A DNA stretch of 60,743 nt, counting the filler, from Candidatus Woesearchaeota archaeon (GTDB taxonomy: Archaea; Nanobdellota; Nanobdellia; SCGC-AAA011-G17; CAYFGV01): NCBI GenBank assembly GCA_964342845.1. It is 3 parts of 3 records of this genome, joined end to end, with 100 filler letters (N's around TTAATTAATTAA, not from the genome) between each part and the next. Parts side by side here need not be neighbours in the genome. Positions count along the whole stretch, not along the records: positions 43,295 to 60,743 come from CAYFGV010000011.1; 2 more parts are not named here. One strand, given 5' to 3'. A program made the position numbers and the translations under genes. Positions 52,255 to 60,743 of the stretch are shown here, piece after piece. The notes below the pieces were generated by a model, which saw only the letters and a list, made by a program, of their open reading frames with translations, had not been told where the DNA came from and did no database searches. Numbering within the stretch: the first letter of the stretch is position 1; each line of letters opens with the position of its first letter.

Positions 52255-53010
52255 TTACGATAAAAAACTTTTCACATATTTAACTCTTTCAACGACATCT
52301 TCAGCCCCAGTTATATATGAACCAATAACAACATTATCAACACCTGCATCAAGAACAGTAGGTAAAGTCTTATCATTTATACCGCCATCAACTTGAATTA
52401 TCTTCCCAAATTTTTCAGCTTCTCTAATCTTGGGAGTAACTTCCTCATCTCTATACTCTTGACCACCTGCTCCAGAACTAACACCCATAAAAAGAATCAT
52501 ATCAGTAAACTTTAACATTTCATCTGTTGTTATATTCTCTAAAGAAATCTCTGGTTCTAATGCTAACCCCACAAGATAACCCTTTTCTTTTATATCTTTT
52601 AAAGTTTTACAAACTGATTCAGCTGGTTGTTTATCTTTATCTTCTAAACCTTCTATTTTCAACAAATCATACTTTTTACTATTGTACTTTCCTAAATTCT
52701 CTCTATAAGCCTCTCTATGTATTGTTATCATAGTTTCCTCTCTTTCCTTTACTATTTCATCAATAGCTTCAATTTCAAAATTAGGATAACGACTCATCAA
52801 ATGAAAATCAAATTTCACCTCTCCTGAAAATTTAGAATATAAATAACTCATTCGCAATCTATTAAAAGTAAATTTTCCTTTAATAAAATTAGGAGACATA
52901 GCATCAACATGCAACCAGTCTGCTCCAGCTTCAATTATCTTTTGAATCTTATACATAGACCCATCTAAACAAGATTCATATCCTAAAAGTGAAACAGATA
53001 AATCAACCAT
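52255..53010 (-). CDS. rpe: Ribulose-phosphate 3-epimerase
   Basis: WLHVD, DFHLM, GAGGQ, QVDGGIN. Confidence 0.85.
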   Translation of the reverse strand: MVDLSVSLLGYESCLDGSMYKIQKIIEAGADWLHVDAMSPNFIKGKFTFNRLRMSYLYSKFSGEVKFDFHLMSRYPNFEIEAIDEIVKEREETMITIHREAYRENLGKYNSKKYDLLKIEGLEDKDKQPAESVCKTLKDIKEKGYLVGLALEPEISLENITTDEMLKFTDMILFMGVSSGAGGQEYRDEEVTPKIREAEKFGKIIQVDGGINDKTLPTVLDAGVDNVVIGSYITGAEDVVERVKYVKSFLS

Positions 53011-53109
53011 TAAAAAAAAGAAATTCTAACACTATTTAAAGATTCTGAATTAAAAAATCATACAAGTTTTATAAAAAACTTTATAAACTCCACAAAATCC
53101 AAACCATCC

Positions 53110-54684
53110 ATGGTTCAAAAAACATTAACAACCTCAAAAACACAAGCAGAACATTTTGCAAAAGAACTCCGTTCAGTCTCTGTATCAGAATTTTTCTCAA
53201 AAAACAGACACCTACTAGGATTTGACAACCCTTCAAGAGCTTTACTAATGACAGTTAAAGAAGCAGTAGATAATGCTTTAGATGCTTGTTATGATCTAAG
53301 AATCCCTCCAGAAATAAAAGTAGAATTAAAACAAATATCAGAAAAAAGATTCTCAGTAAGTGTAGAAGACAACGGACCAGGAATTGTAAGAGAACAAGTT
53401 CCAAATGTTTTTGGAAGACTCCTCTACGGTTCAAAATTTCACAGATTAAAACAAAATAGAGGGTCCCAAGGTATTGGAATTTCAGCAGTTTCTTTATATT
53501 CTCAATTAACAACAGGAAAACCAACAAGAATAACATCTAAAATTTCACCAAGAAAACCAGCTCATTATTTTGAACTTATTTTAGATACAAAACAAAACGA
53601 ACCAAAAATAGTAAAAGATAAAGAAACAGAATGGGAGAACAAAAAAACAGGCACAAAAGTAGAAATAGAACTTATAGGAAAATACCAAAAAGGAAAACAA
53701 TCTGTAGATGAATACATAAAACAAGTAGCAATAGTTAATCCAGCAGCTCAAATTACATATATAACACCTGAGAAAAAAACATTAGAATTTCCAAGAGTAA
53801 CCACAACATTACCTGTAGAACCAAAAGAAATCAAACCACACCCTCACGGAGTAGAATTAGGAAATCTAATCAGGATGCTTCATGACACAAAATACCCAAC
53901 TGTTAAAGCCTTTTTACAAAACGAATTTTCAAGACTAAGCTCACAAAAAGCAAAAGAAATCTGTCAAACTGCAAAAATATATGAAAAATCAAGACCAAAA
54001 ACCATAGTTCATAAAGATGTAGAAAATCTCTACAGCACAATCCAAGAAACAAAATTTAAAGCCCCTCCAACAGATTGTCTGAGTCCAATAGGACAAAAGC
54101 TCTTAGAAAAAGGATTAAAATCAGAAGTAAGTGCAGACTTTTATGCAACAGTCACAAGACCTCCTGCAGTTTACAGGGGGAACCCTTTTCAAATTGAAGT
54201 AGGAATTGCATACGGAGGAGATATAGATAGAGAAGGAACAATAAAACTCTTAAGATTTGCTAACACAGTCCCTTTATTATATCAACAAGGAGCTTGTGCA
54301 ATCACAAAAGCTGTCTCAACAACAAACTGGAAATCCTACGGTTTACAACAATCAAACGGTAATTTGCCAGCAGGCCCAGTAATTTTAATCGTACACATGG
54401 CCTCTGTTTGGGTACCATTCACCTCAGAAGCAAAAGATGCAGTAGCTTCTTATAATGAGATTACCAAAGAAATAAAACTAGCCTTACAAGAATGTGGAAG
54501 ACAATTAGGTATTTATATAAGAAGGAAAGTTAAATCAAAAGAAAGAGAACAAAGAATAAGCTTATTTGAAAATTACATTCCAGAATTAGCATCATCATTA
54601 TCTCATTTAACAGGAGAAAAGAAAGAAAAATTAATTATAAATCTAAGTAAAACCTTAGAAAAAGAACTTCCGAGAATAAAATGA
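53110..54684 (+). CDS. top6B: DNA topoisomerase VI subunit B
   Basis: EAVDNALDA, DNGPGI, GSQGIGIS, RFAN.VPL. Confidence 0.95.
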   Translation: MVQKTLTTSKTQAEHFAKELRSVSVSEFFSKNRHLLGFDNPSRALLMTVKEAVDNALDACYDLRIPPEIKVELKQISEKRFSVSVEDNGPGIVREQVPNVFGRLLYGSKFHRLKQNRGSQGIGISAVSLYSQLTTGKPTRITSKISPRKPAHYFELILDTKQNEPKIVKDKETEWENKKTGTKVEIELIGKYQKGKQSVDEYIKQVAIVNPAAQITYITPEKKTLEFPRVTTTLPVEPKEIKPHPHGVELGNLIRMLHDTKYPTVKAFLQNEFSRLSSQKAKEICQTAKIYEKSRPKTIVHKDVENLYSTIQETKFKAPPTDCLSPIGQKLLEKGLKSEVSADFYATVTRPPAVYRGNPFQIEVGIAYGGDIDREGTIKLLRFANTVPLLYQQGACAITKAVSTTNWKSYGLQQSNGNLPAGPVILIVHMASVWVPFTSEAKDAVASYNEITKEIKLALQECGRQLGIYIRRKVKSKEREQRISLFENYIPELASSLSHLTGEKKEKLIINLSKTLEKELPRIK

Positions 54685-55760
54685 CAACAAAAACAAAAAA
54701 GGAATTAGAATTTTTAGGAAACCAAGTAATTGAGAAAGTCAATAAAAAGAAAAACCCTTCTATAACTCTCCCAATAAGGGGACTTTCCAATATTTTCTAC
54801 GATGAAAAATCAAAAACTCTAAAAATGGGGAAAAAAACACAAAAAAGAACATTTTTCAATCTTGGCCAAGCTAGAAGATTCTTACAAACTATAGAAGTAG
54901 CTTCAATTAGTCATAAACTTTTAAAAGATAAAAAACATGCAAGTTTAAGGGATGTTTTTTATATGGCTAAGAGAACTATACCTAATACAAAAACAAACCT
55001 TGTAGATGAACAAACAGAATCTGACCACGCCATAGAGGATCTGGAATTAATCACTAAATTCCCAAGAGAAAACTTAAATATTAATGCAAATAAAAATGGT
55101 TCTGTAGCAGGAAAAGTAACCATACAAGATAAAGGAGACATAATTGATTGGTCTAAATTAGGCTCAGGAGGATGGTCTATACCGAGTAATGTAGAAGATA
55201 TTAAATTTGAGAAAGTTAAGGCAAAATATGTACTTTATATGGAAAAAGCAGCAGTATGGGAACGTTTACATGAAGACAGATATTGGGACAAACAAGATTG
55301 TATAATCCTTTCTTCACAAGGCCAAGCAACTAGAGGTATTAGAAGATTGCTTAAAAGGTTATCTAAGGAGTTTAAATTACCTATTTACATACTGTGTGAT
55401 AATGACCCTTGGGGAATATATATCTATTCTGTAATAAAGTACGGTTCAATGGCACTTGCCCATGAATCTGATCGTTTAGCAATACCTGATGTTAGATATT
55501 TAGGTATAACTTGTGATGATATAGAAAATTACAAATTACAGAAGCATTTTATTAAGCTAAAGGATACAGATGTAGCAAGGATTAAACAAATGTCTGAATA
55601 CGAATGGTTTAAAAATAACAAAGCTTGGCAGAGACAACTTAGACTCATGAAAGCAAATAAAGCAAAAGTTGAAATACAGGCATTGAGCTCAAGAGGTATA
55701 AGTTTTATTTCTGAAAAATACCTGCCAGAGAAAATAAAGAAAAAAGATTTTATAGATTAA
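54681..55760 (+). CDS. top6A: DNA topoisomerase VI subunit A
   Basis: LRDVFY, MEK, DNDPWG, KVEIQAL. Confidence 0.95.
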   Translation: MTTKTKKELEFLGNQVIEKVNKKKNPSITLPIRGLSNIFYDEKSKTLKMGKKTQKRTFFNLGQARRFLQTIEVASISHKLLKDKKHASLRDVFYMAKRTIPNTKTNLVDEQTESDHAIEDLELITKFPRENLNINANKNGSVAGKVTIQDKGDIIDWSKLGSGGWSIPSNVEDIKFEKVKAKYVLYMEKAAVWERLHEDRYWDKQDCIILSSQGQATRGIRRLLKRLSKEFKLPIYILCDNDPWGIYIYSVIKYGSMALAHESDRLAIPDVRYLGITCDDIENYKLQKHFIKLKDTDVARIKQMSEYEWFKNNKAWQRQLRLMKANKAKVEIQALSSRGISFISEKYLPEKIKKKDFID

Positions 55761-55926
55761 AAATAAAAAAGACAAAGAAAATAAAGATAAAGAGTATTTA
55801 ATGCCTATTATCATAGAAATTTATTTCGCAGGTGTTTCAAAAACTCTTGATTTACTTAAAGAATATGGATTATATGAAATCAAAGAAGGATTAAATGAAT
55901 GTAGATCAAAGGAATATACATAACAA

Positions 55927-56349
55927 ATGCAAACTTCATTCACAATTAAAACTTCAAAAAACCAAGAATTAATAGACATAACTTCTGAAGTAGAAAAAAT
56001 AATATCTTCCTCTAAAATAGAAAATGGAATCGCTAATATCTTCACTTCTCATGCAACAGCAGCAATAATAATAAATGAAAACTACGACCCAAACATCTGC
56101 ATAGACACAATAAACTGCCTATCCTCTTTGATACCTCAAGGAAAATGGCTTCATGATAAAATAGATAATAATGCAGCTGCACACATAAAAGCCTCAATCC
56201 TAGGACCTTCAGAAAATATCCCAATAAAAGATAAAAAACTACAGTTAGGCACTTGGCAGGCATTGATTTTGTGTGATTTCGATGGACCGAGAGAGAGGAA
56301 AATAATAATCACCTTAATCCCTAGCGAAACTTATATAAACAAATCTTAA
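55927..56349 (+). CDS. YjbQ/UPF0047 family protein
   Basis: HATAAIIINEN, NAAAHIKA, LGTWQ, DFDGPR. Confidence 0.9.
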   Translation: MQTSFTIKTSKNQELIDITSEVEKIISSSKIENGIANIFTSHATAAIIINENYDPNICIDTINCLSSLIPQGKWLHDKIDNNAAAHIKASILGPSENIPIKDKKLQLGTWQALILCDFDGPRERKIIITLIPSETYINKS

Positions 56350-56363
56350 TCCTAAATTTCTAA

Positions 56364-56447
56364 GTCTCGGTAGCTTAATGGTGGAGCCCCCGGCTGTTAA
56401 ATAATGTAGAAACCGGGAGGTCGCAGGTTCGAGCCCTGCCCGAGACG
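56364..56447 (+). tRNA. tRNA-Asn(GTT) with 12-nt canonical 37/38 intron (56400-56411)
   Basis: GTCTCGG/CCGAGAC acceptor, CCCGG/CCGGG anticodon stem, GTT at 56396-56398, TTCGAGC T-loop, G73; TATA at about 56331. Confidence 0.92.
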
Positions 56448-56453
56448 TTTTTT

Positions 56454-56834
56454 TTATAACCCAAAAAAATTAGCAAAATAATAACTAACTAAACCAACTA
56501 AAAGCCCAAAAACAATTCCTTTAAACAACAACTCTTTCTTAACCTTCAAATACCAAGAAGATGCAATAACTAGAATCCAAAGTAAAAAAGCAAAAGAAGT
56601 ATATAATAAAACTTCATAAAACAAAGAAGTAAATAAGAATAATATAAAAACTCTAGCAACATAAACATCATACTTAATTAACCTAGACAAACCAAACAGA
56701 ATCAAAAAAGCAATCAACAACTGATAAACAAAAATAGCATACTCACCAATAATAGCCCTTATTAGAACAATAATATAAAAAGGAATAGAGCCTAAAGCTA
56801 TACAATCCCTTGCAACCTCTTTTTTCCAATTCAT
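56454..56834 (-). CDS. Hypothetical membrane protein
   Basis: ARDCIALGSIPFY N-terminus, ~4 TMs. Confidence 0.6.
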   Translation of the reverse strand: MNWKKEVARDCIALGSIPFYIIVLIRAIIGEYAIFVYQLLIAFLILFGLSRLIKYDVYVARVFILFLFTSLFYEVLLYTSFAFLLWILVIASSWYLKVKKELLFKGIVFGLLVGLVSYYFANFFGL

Positions 56835-56872
56835 ACTATTAATTTAATCTTAAAATTTATTAAACTTTCTAA

Positions 56873-57478
56873 TTATTTCTTCAAAATAACAAAATTAGCC
56901 CTTCCTTTCTTAATCCTATCAACTTTTCCATTATGCTCTAATTCAGTTAAAATCAAACTAGTTTTGCTTTCAGAAAACAACAATTCTTTTCTGATCTCTT
57001 TCTGAGTAACCCTTCCATCTCTTTTTTTTATAAATTCTAAAACTTTCTTAACATCTTCATCGTTTTTCTCTTCCTTAACTTCTTTAGGTTTTTTCTTCCA
57101 AAAAATCAAAAAAACAACAACAAAAAATAAAATCAACATCAAAGCAAACCAAAAATAACTAAAATCTTCACCATTAAAATCAAAGACCAAGTCTATAATA
57201 TAATCATTATTATCAATAATTTTAATATCTTCTTCAGTTGAACCTACCAAAACACCATCTAAAAAATATTCAGCTTTTAATATATATTCTCCTTCTCCAA
57301 CTTCAAAATAATAAGAACCATCTTTAGCAATTATAAACTGTTCAGGTTCAGTACTAATACTAACACGAATATTCTCCATTAAATTAAGCTCAGAATCATA
57401 AACATTACCATGAAGTGTAGCTCCTTCAGCTAAACCAACACTAAAAAACAACACCAACACCAATAATAGCTTTTTCAT
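56873..57478 (-). CDS. Membrane-anchored winged-HTH regulator
   Basis: Signal peptide, beta-sandwich, TM, GRVTQKEIRKEL.FSESKTSLILTELE. Confidence 0.8.
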   Translation of the reverse strand: MKKLLLVLVLFFSVGLAEGATLHGNVYDSELNLMENIRVSISTEPEQFIIAKDGSYYFEVGEGEYILKAEYFLDGVLVGSTEEDIKIIDNNDYIIDLVFDFNGEDFSYFWFALMLILFFVVVFLIFWKKKPKEVKEEKNDEDVKKVLEFIKKRDGRVTQKEIRKELLFSESKTSLILTELEHNGKVDRIKKGRANFVILKK

Positions 57479-57642
57479 AATTTAAAAAAGATATCTAAAA
57501 TAGATATAAAGTTTTCTAAAACCAAGAAAATAGGTATTCTCTAACACATACTTTCAAAAGCTTTTTAAACCTTTTAAAAAAGTTTCTTTATAAATAAAAG
57601 CATTCTTAATATCTTTAAAACTTTTCAAAGGAGGTAAATTAA

Positions 57643-58572
57643 ATGTATAAAAAAATATTAGCATTTTTTGTGTTAGCTTTTTTCTTATCTAGTAGTCTAG
57701 TATCTGCTGGCACAGTCGTTGGAGCACCAATAGAAGAAGAATCTTCTCTAGGAGAGTCATACACAGCCTTTCCATTAGAAGATGAAGAAACACCTGCAGA
57801 AACAGAAGTTCAAGAAATGGTTCTTGTAGATACAGAAGAAGTTAGTAGTGAAGTCGAATATGAATATACTACAGACGAAGACCAAGAAGTAAAATTTAAG
57901 AACCGAAGAGTAGGACCAATTAGAAAAGCTCAAGCTAGTGAAGTGACAAGTAAAGTTGTAGCAGAAGAAGGCGAAAGACTAGAATGTTGGGAAGATCAAC
58001 CAAAATTTGTTCCTGGTTTTGACGTAGGTATCTATACATGGCAAGGCACTTGTAATGGAAACCACTTTATGCAATTTAGTTCAGACTCAAAATTAGTAAA
58101 AAATTATGGTAGTGAAGAAACATATCATTTTGAAGGTACAATAACAACAGACGGAGAATTCCTGAACATAGGCACAAATAACATAGAAGGAATAACTTGG
58201 ACTGAAAACACAATAACAATAGATATAACTCTAGAAGCAGGTCAACCTCTTGCAGGGTTAAACTTTTTCAGTACAGGAGACACAATAACTTTCGACTTAA
58301 AAGTAAATGGTGAAAATTATGAAGACCTAATTTATATAGGCAAGACTTATACTAACCCAGAAAGCACCCCTTTTGTCTTAGATAACAAAGAGTTCGAAGA
58401 ACCAAAAGTTATCTGTGAAGAAGATGAGCTCTTCAAAAAAGGAGAATGTATGGCTCTTGATGAATTAGATTCAGAAGAGAAATCTTTCTCCTTGAAGACC
58501 TTCTTCCAAAAAATGTTTAGGTCAAAAAAAGCTTCACAAGAAGTAGAGAACTTAGAGTCTCTAGAAGCTTAA
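57643..58572 (+). CDS. Secreted acidic hypothetical protein
   Basis: GGAGGT RBS, signal peptide, E-rich. Confidence 0.7.
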   Translation: MYKKILAFFVLAFFLSSSLVSAGTVVGAPIEEESSLGESYTAFPLEDEETPAETEVQEMVLVDTEEVSSEVEYEYTTDEDQEVKFKNRRVGPIRKAQASEVTSKVVAEEGERLECWEDQPKFVPGFDVGIYTWQGTCNGNHFMQFSSDSKLVKNYGSEETYHFEGTITTDGEFLNIGTNNIEGITWTENTITIDITLEAGQPLAGLNFFSTGDTITFDLKVNGENYEDLIYIGKTYTNPESTPFVLDNKEFEEPKVICEEDELFKKGECMALDELDSEEKSFSLKTFFQKMFRSKKASQEVENLESLEA

Positions 58573-58638
58573 AAAATCTTTTCTTTTTTCTTTTAAAACA
58601 ACAAATTTATAAACCAATAATATTCTCATTTCTTATAT

Positions 58639-58840
58639 GGGGCTGTGGCTCAGACAAACACAGTTTGGAGCAATCTGGCTAGAGCACTCGTTTGGTCAAC
58701 AAAAAACCAAGGTGAAACTGATATGGCCAGGTCTTATCTTCGGATAAGTTTGAAGGGTTTACTCTTACTTGCTTTTCATAGAAATCGAGAGTAACTAAAG
58801 TTACCGACAAAGGTCGGGGGTTCAAATCCCCTCAGCCCCA
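58639..58840 (+). tRNA. tRNA-Ile(GAT) with four introns: 58654-58673 (15/16), 58691-58716 (30/31), 58724-58783 (37/38), 58790-58810 (43/44)
   Basis: Removing the four segments gives a 75-nt cloverleaf GGGGCTG TG GCTC AGTCTGGCTA GAGC A CTCGA CTGATAA TCGAG AGGTC GGGGG TTCAAAT CCCCT CAGCCCC A; TATA TTTATAAA at about 58606. Confidence 0.85.
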
Positions 58841-58861
58841 CTCATTTTTTAAGTAATTTTA

Positions 58862-59305
58862 TCAAAATAGCCTTCTCAAAGAAAATTTACGCAAATAATC
58901 AAACAAATTTTTAGGGCCATATAGCAACTTCCCTCTAATCATATTTAGTCCAATATAACCCCTTCCTTCATTTTCCCACATTAATCTTTCTAAATCAGTT
59001 CTTGAACAAAGATATAAAGAAAACCTATCCTTAAAATCCCCACTTAACCTATCTTTAATTTCTTTTCTTAATTTTGCCCTCTGTTCACTTTCAAGAGTTC
59101 TATAATCAAAAGTAGGTATTGTATCTTTCCAAGCAGAATAATCTTCATCGTTAATAAGTACAAATAAATCTATATCGGATTTTTCAGGATCCCATGAACC
59201 ATTAAGATAACTTCCAAAAAGTCTAACACAGTGAACAGATGGAATAACGTCAACTATTGTATTTACCAAATCAAATAATTCACTTTCAATCTGCTTATTG
59301 CCCAT
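58862..59305 (-). CDS. Minimal nucleotidyltransferase (MNT)-domain protein
   Basis: LFGSY...SDIDLFV. Confidence 0.8.
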   Translation of the reverse strand: MGNKQIESELFDLVNTIVDVIPSVHCVRLFGSYLNGSWDPEKSDIDLFVLINDEDYSAWKDTIPTFDYRTLESEQRAKLRKEIKDRLSGDFKDRFSLYLCSRTDLERLMWENEGRGYIGLNMIRGKLLYGPKNLFDYLRKFSLRRLF

Positions 59306-59359
59306 ATAAACTTCAAAAAGGAGATTCTTATAAACCTTACTATTATAATAAAAAACATT

Positions 59360-60280
59360 TTACTTTAACAGTTTTATCAAAATAGCTTTTTCCACAACTA
59401 ACCGATTAAAAGCCTGTTCAAAAACAACACTCTGTTTACCATCTATAACTTCATCTGTAACCTCTTCTCCTCTTTTAGCAGGCAAACAATGCATAAAAAT
59501 AGCACCTCTTCTAGCTTCCTTCATCAACTTCTTATTAACTTGATAAGGTTTCAAAATTTTCAACCGCTTCTCTTTTTGACTTTCTGGAATGTGATAAGAC
59601 ATCCAAGAATCAGTATAAACAACATCAGCCTTTCTCACAGCCTTTAAAGGATCATATTCAATTTTAATTAAAGAATTCTTAGCAAAGTCATCTGCTCTAT
59701 CAACTACATCTTCAGAAGGAAGAAATTTTTTATGTTTAGGACAACAAATAATCAAATTAATTCCCATTTTAGGACAAGCATACAACAAAGAATTAGTAAC
59801 ATTATTATTTGCATCTCCAAGATAAGTCAATGTTAACCCATCAAGCTGTTTAAGCTTTTCTTTCATAGTAAACAAATCACTTAAAACTTGACACGGATGC
59901 TCGTAATTGTCTAGCCCATTAATCACAGGAACTTCTGCATATTTAGCAAGCTCTAACATATCATCATGACTATATAATCTAGCTATAATAGCATCAACAT
60001 ATTTAGAAGCAACCTTAGCTTCATCCTTAACACTCTCTTTTTTTCCTAAAGGAGAATTAGCAATATCATAAAATATAGCCATTCCGCCAAGCTCATACAT
60101 TGCAATTTCAAAACTCAGCCTAGTCCTCAGAGAAGGCTTAGCAAACAACATTAACAACTTTTTACCTTTTAACTTTTGATGATAAACAGCAGACCTTGTC
60201 TTTATTCTCTTTGCCAACTTAAGCAATTTAATAACTTCATCTTTCCTAATACTCTCCAATGAAATTAAATGCCTTGCCAT
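59360..60280 (-). CDS. argF: Ornithine carbamoyltransferase
   Basis: SLRTR, HPCQ, YTDSWMS, HCLPA. Confidence 0.92.
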   Translation of the reverse strand: MARHLISLESIRKDEVIKLLKLAKRIKTRSAVYHQKLKGKKLLMLFAKPSLRTRLSFEIAMYELGGMAIFYDIANSPLGKKESVKDEAKVASKYVDAIIARLYSHDDMLELAKYAEVPVINGLDNYEHPCQVLSDLFTMKEKLKQLDGLTLTYLGDANNNVTNSLLYACPKMGINLIICCPKHKKFLPSEDVVDRADDFAKNSLIKIEYDPLKAVRKADVVYTDSWMSYHIPESQKEKRLKILKPYQVNKKLMKEARRGAIFMHCLPAKRGEEVTDEVIDGKQSVVFEQAFNRLVVEKAILIKLLK

Positions 60281-60323
60281 AAAATTATTTTTACCTCTAA
60301 GTTTTTAAATACTTTACTATTTT

Positions 60324-60743
60324 TTAAATAAACTTTAACCTTTTCAGAATTTTCTCTAACTCTTTAATACTTTTACTTCCTAATTCATAATCTACTTCAA
60401 CTATAGGCTTATTTATCTTCAAAATTCTAGACAAATCTGAAGGAGAAGAATCAATAACAACATCACACTTAGCTTTATTTATAGTTTTTTCTAATTCTTT
60501 CAACTGTTTTCTTGAATAACCCATTGCAGGCAATTCTCTTTCTAAATGCTTATACTTCTCATATACCTTTTTAATAGAACCAACTGCAAACTTCCTTGCA
60601 TCAACCATCTTGCCTTTATATTTCTTTAAAACAGTATAACCTGCTCCATGTTTCAAACCACCATGTGTTAAAGTAGGCCCATCTTCAACAACCAACACCT
60701 TTTTATTTTTCAGTAATTCAGGTTTATCTGCTTTAATTACAGA
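60324..60743 (-). CDS. Cyclic 2,3-diphosphoglycerate synthetase-like P-loop protein, C-terminal part
   Basis: VLVVEDGPTLTHGG, LPAMGY motifs; runs off window. Confidence 0.75.
   Translation of the reverse strand, partial: SVIKADKPELLKNKKVLVVEDGPTLTHGGLKHGAGYTVLKKYKGKMVDARKFAVGSIKKVYEKYKHLERELPAMGYSRKQLKELEKTINKAKCDVVIDSSPSDLSRILKINKPIVEVDYELGSKSIKELEKILKRLKFI

Noticed and set aside
55801..55923. 40-aa ORF upstream of the YjbQ gene
   Set aside because: No recognisable motif or RBS
58691..58696. Reading the second tRNA as Pro(TGG) or Thr(GGT), or as CAT at 58777-58779
   Set aside because: These readings give a mismatched anticodon stem or wrong loop size; only GAT gives a perfect CTCGA/TCGAG stem with a 7-nt loop

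Overview
AT-rich archaeal sequence, most consistent with a DPANN/Nanobdellota (Woesearchaeota-like) genome; the taxon is inferred from gene content and style. It consists of three contigs joined by artificial 100-nt N/TTAATTAATTAA linkers (23986-24085, 43195-43294). Contig 1 carries secDF, aTrm56, two Cys-rich repeat paralogs flanking a membrane-anchored HTH regulator, a PKD surface protein, and an aglB N-glycosylation cluster with many glycosyltransferases, gmhA and neuB. Contig 2 carries a probable copper mini-operon with an unannotated 27-aa Cys-rich SEC-C peptide, an M23-like protein, an ssb-like/radA operon bracketed by two free-standing LAGLIDADG endonucleases, hicBA, ribosomal protein genes, two giant pilin-signal proteins, taw1, a solo Cas4-like nuclease and cysS. 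Contig 3 carries ileS, tbp, an intein-containing mcm, translation factors, topoisomerase VI, argF and two intron-containing tRNAs. The two strongest observations are (1) a tRNA-Ile(GAU) that parses by hand into five exons and four BHB-type introns (15/16, 30/31, 37/38, 43/44), and (2) a homing endonuclease at the radA 3' end flanked by a duplicated copy of the last radA codons, with a second endonuclease in the same operon's leader.
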